DNA from: Mobula hypostoma
Taxonomy: Eukaryota
Length of the DNA: 64,000 bases
Direction of reading: 5' to 3'
Assembly (NCBI RefSeq): GCF_963921235.1
Contig: NC_086109.1
Coordinates: forward strand, 7,628,001 to 7,692,000
In this document: positions 63,400 to 64,000 of the stretch, one piece after another
Layout of the letters: the number at the start of each line of letters is the position of its first letter
Numbering within the stretch: the stretch's first letter is position 1
Translations under genes and position numbers: made by a program
The notes under the pieces: model-generated
The model's input: the letters and a program-made list of their open reading frames with translations, nothing else
Database searches by the model: none
What the model was told of the DNA's origin: nothing

Positions 63400-64000
63400 A
63401 AAATTTCTTCAGAAACATAAAGTGTAAAAGAGAGGCAAGAGTGGATATCAAACCGCTAGAAAATGATGCTGGAGAGGTAGTAATGGGGGATAATAAAATG
63501 GCGGATAAACTGAGTAAGTATTTTGCAACACACATCAAAGTTGCTGGTGAACGCAGCAGGCCAGGCAGCATCTCTAGGAAGAGGTACAGTCGACTGAAAC
63601 GTCTCTTCCTAGAGATGCTGCCTGGCCTGCTGTGTTCACCAGCAACTTTGATGTGTGTTGCTTGAATTTCCAGCATCTGCAGAATTCCTGTTGTTTAAGT
63701 ATCTTGCATCAGTCTTTACTGTGGAAGACTCTAACAGTATGGTGCAAGTTCCAGGTGTCAGGGATCACGAAGTGAGTGAAGTTACGACAACTAGAGAGAA
63801 GATTCTTGGGAAAATAAAAGGTCTGATGGTAGATAAGTCACCTGGACCAGATGGTGTACACTTGGGTTCTGAAAGAGGTGGCTGAAGAGATCGTGAAGGC
63901 ATTGGTAGTGATCTTTCAAGAATCACTAGATTCTGGAATATTTCTGGAAGACTGGAAAATTGCAAATGTTACTCCACTCTCCTAGAAGGAGAGAGGCAGA
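63400..64000 (+). mobile_element. CR1 ORF2 fragment running off the window, interrupted by a hairpin insertion
   Basis: NKMADKLSKYF/ASVFTVED, DKSPGPDGVH, PEDWKIANVTPL. Confidence 0.85.
63528..63695. mobile_element. Palindromic Penelope-derived short insertion
   Basis: 59-bp inverted arms at 63525-63583 and 63603-63661 (one mismatch); TSD TAAGTATTTTGCA/TAAGTATCTTGCA. Confidence 0.9.

Overview
Eukaryotic, not prokaryotic: repeat-dense DNA from a cartilaginous fish, probably a ray. That is inferred from HE1/V-SINE-like SINEs with CR1-type tails and abundant CR1, Rex1/Babar and Penelope-derived repeats. No host protein-coding exon, rRNA, true tRNA or CRISPR array is supportable, so the window looks like a large intron or gene desert. 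Every recognisable ORF is retrotransposon-derived: a near full-length CR1 with an SGNH-esterase ORF1 (45223-49130), a 654-aa CR1 RT frame (minus), Hero-like and R4/Dong-like restriction-like endonuclease fragments, a Penelope GIY-YIG fragment, and RTE and Rex1/Babar pieces. The most interesting signal is RNA-level. (i) A 270-bp non-autonomous RTE-type retroposon (20291-20560) has a perfect 12-bp target-site duplication (TSD) and starts within 1 nt of the cleavage site of a twister ribozyme fold. (ii) Penelope-derived terminal repeats carry minimal hammerhead ribozyme motifs, one with an intact core at 43750-43785, and some are inserted as short self-complementary hairpins with 13-16 bp TSDs. 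Also present: a 618-bp tandem duplication with a 26-bp homology junction, modular SINEs, MITEs, and repeat-free islands rich in Pbx-Hox/Meis-type motifs that may be conserved enhancers. All family calls come from motif recognition by eye, not database searches, and the ends of degraded repeats are approximate.
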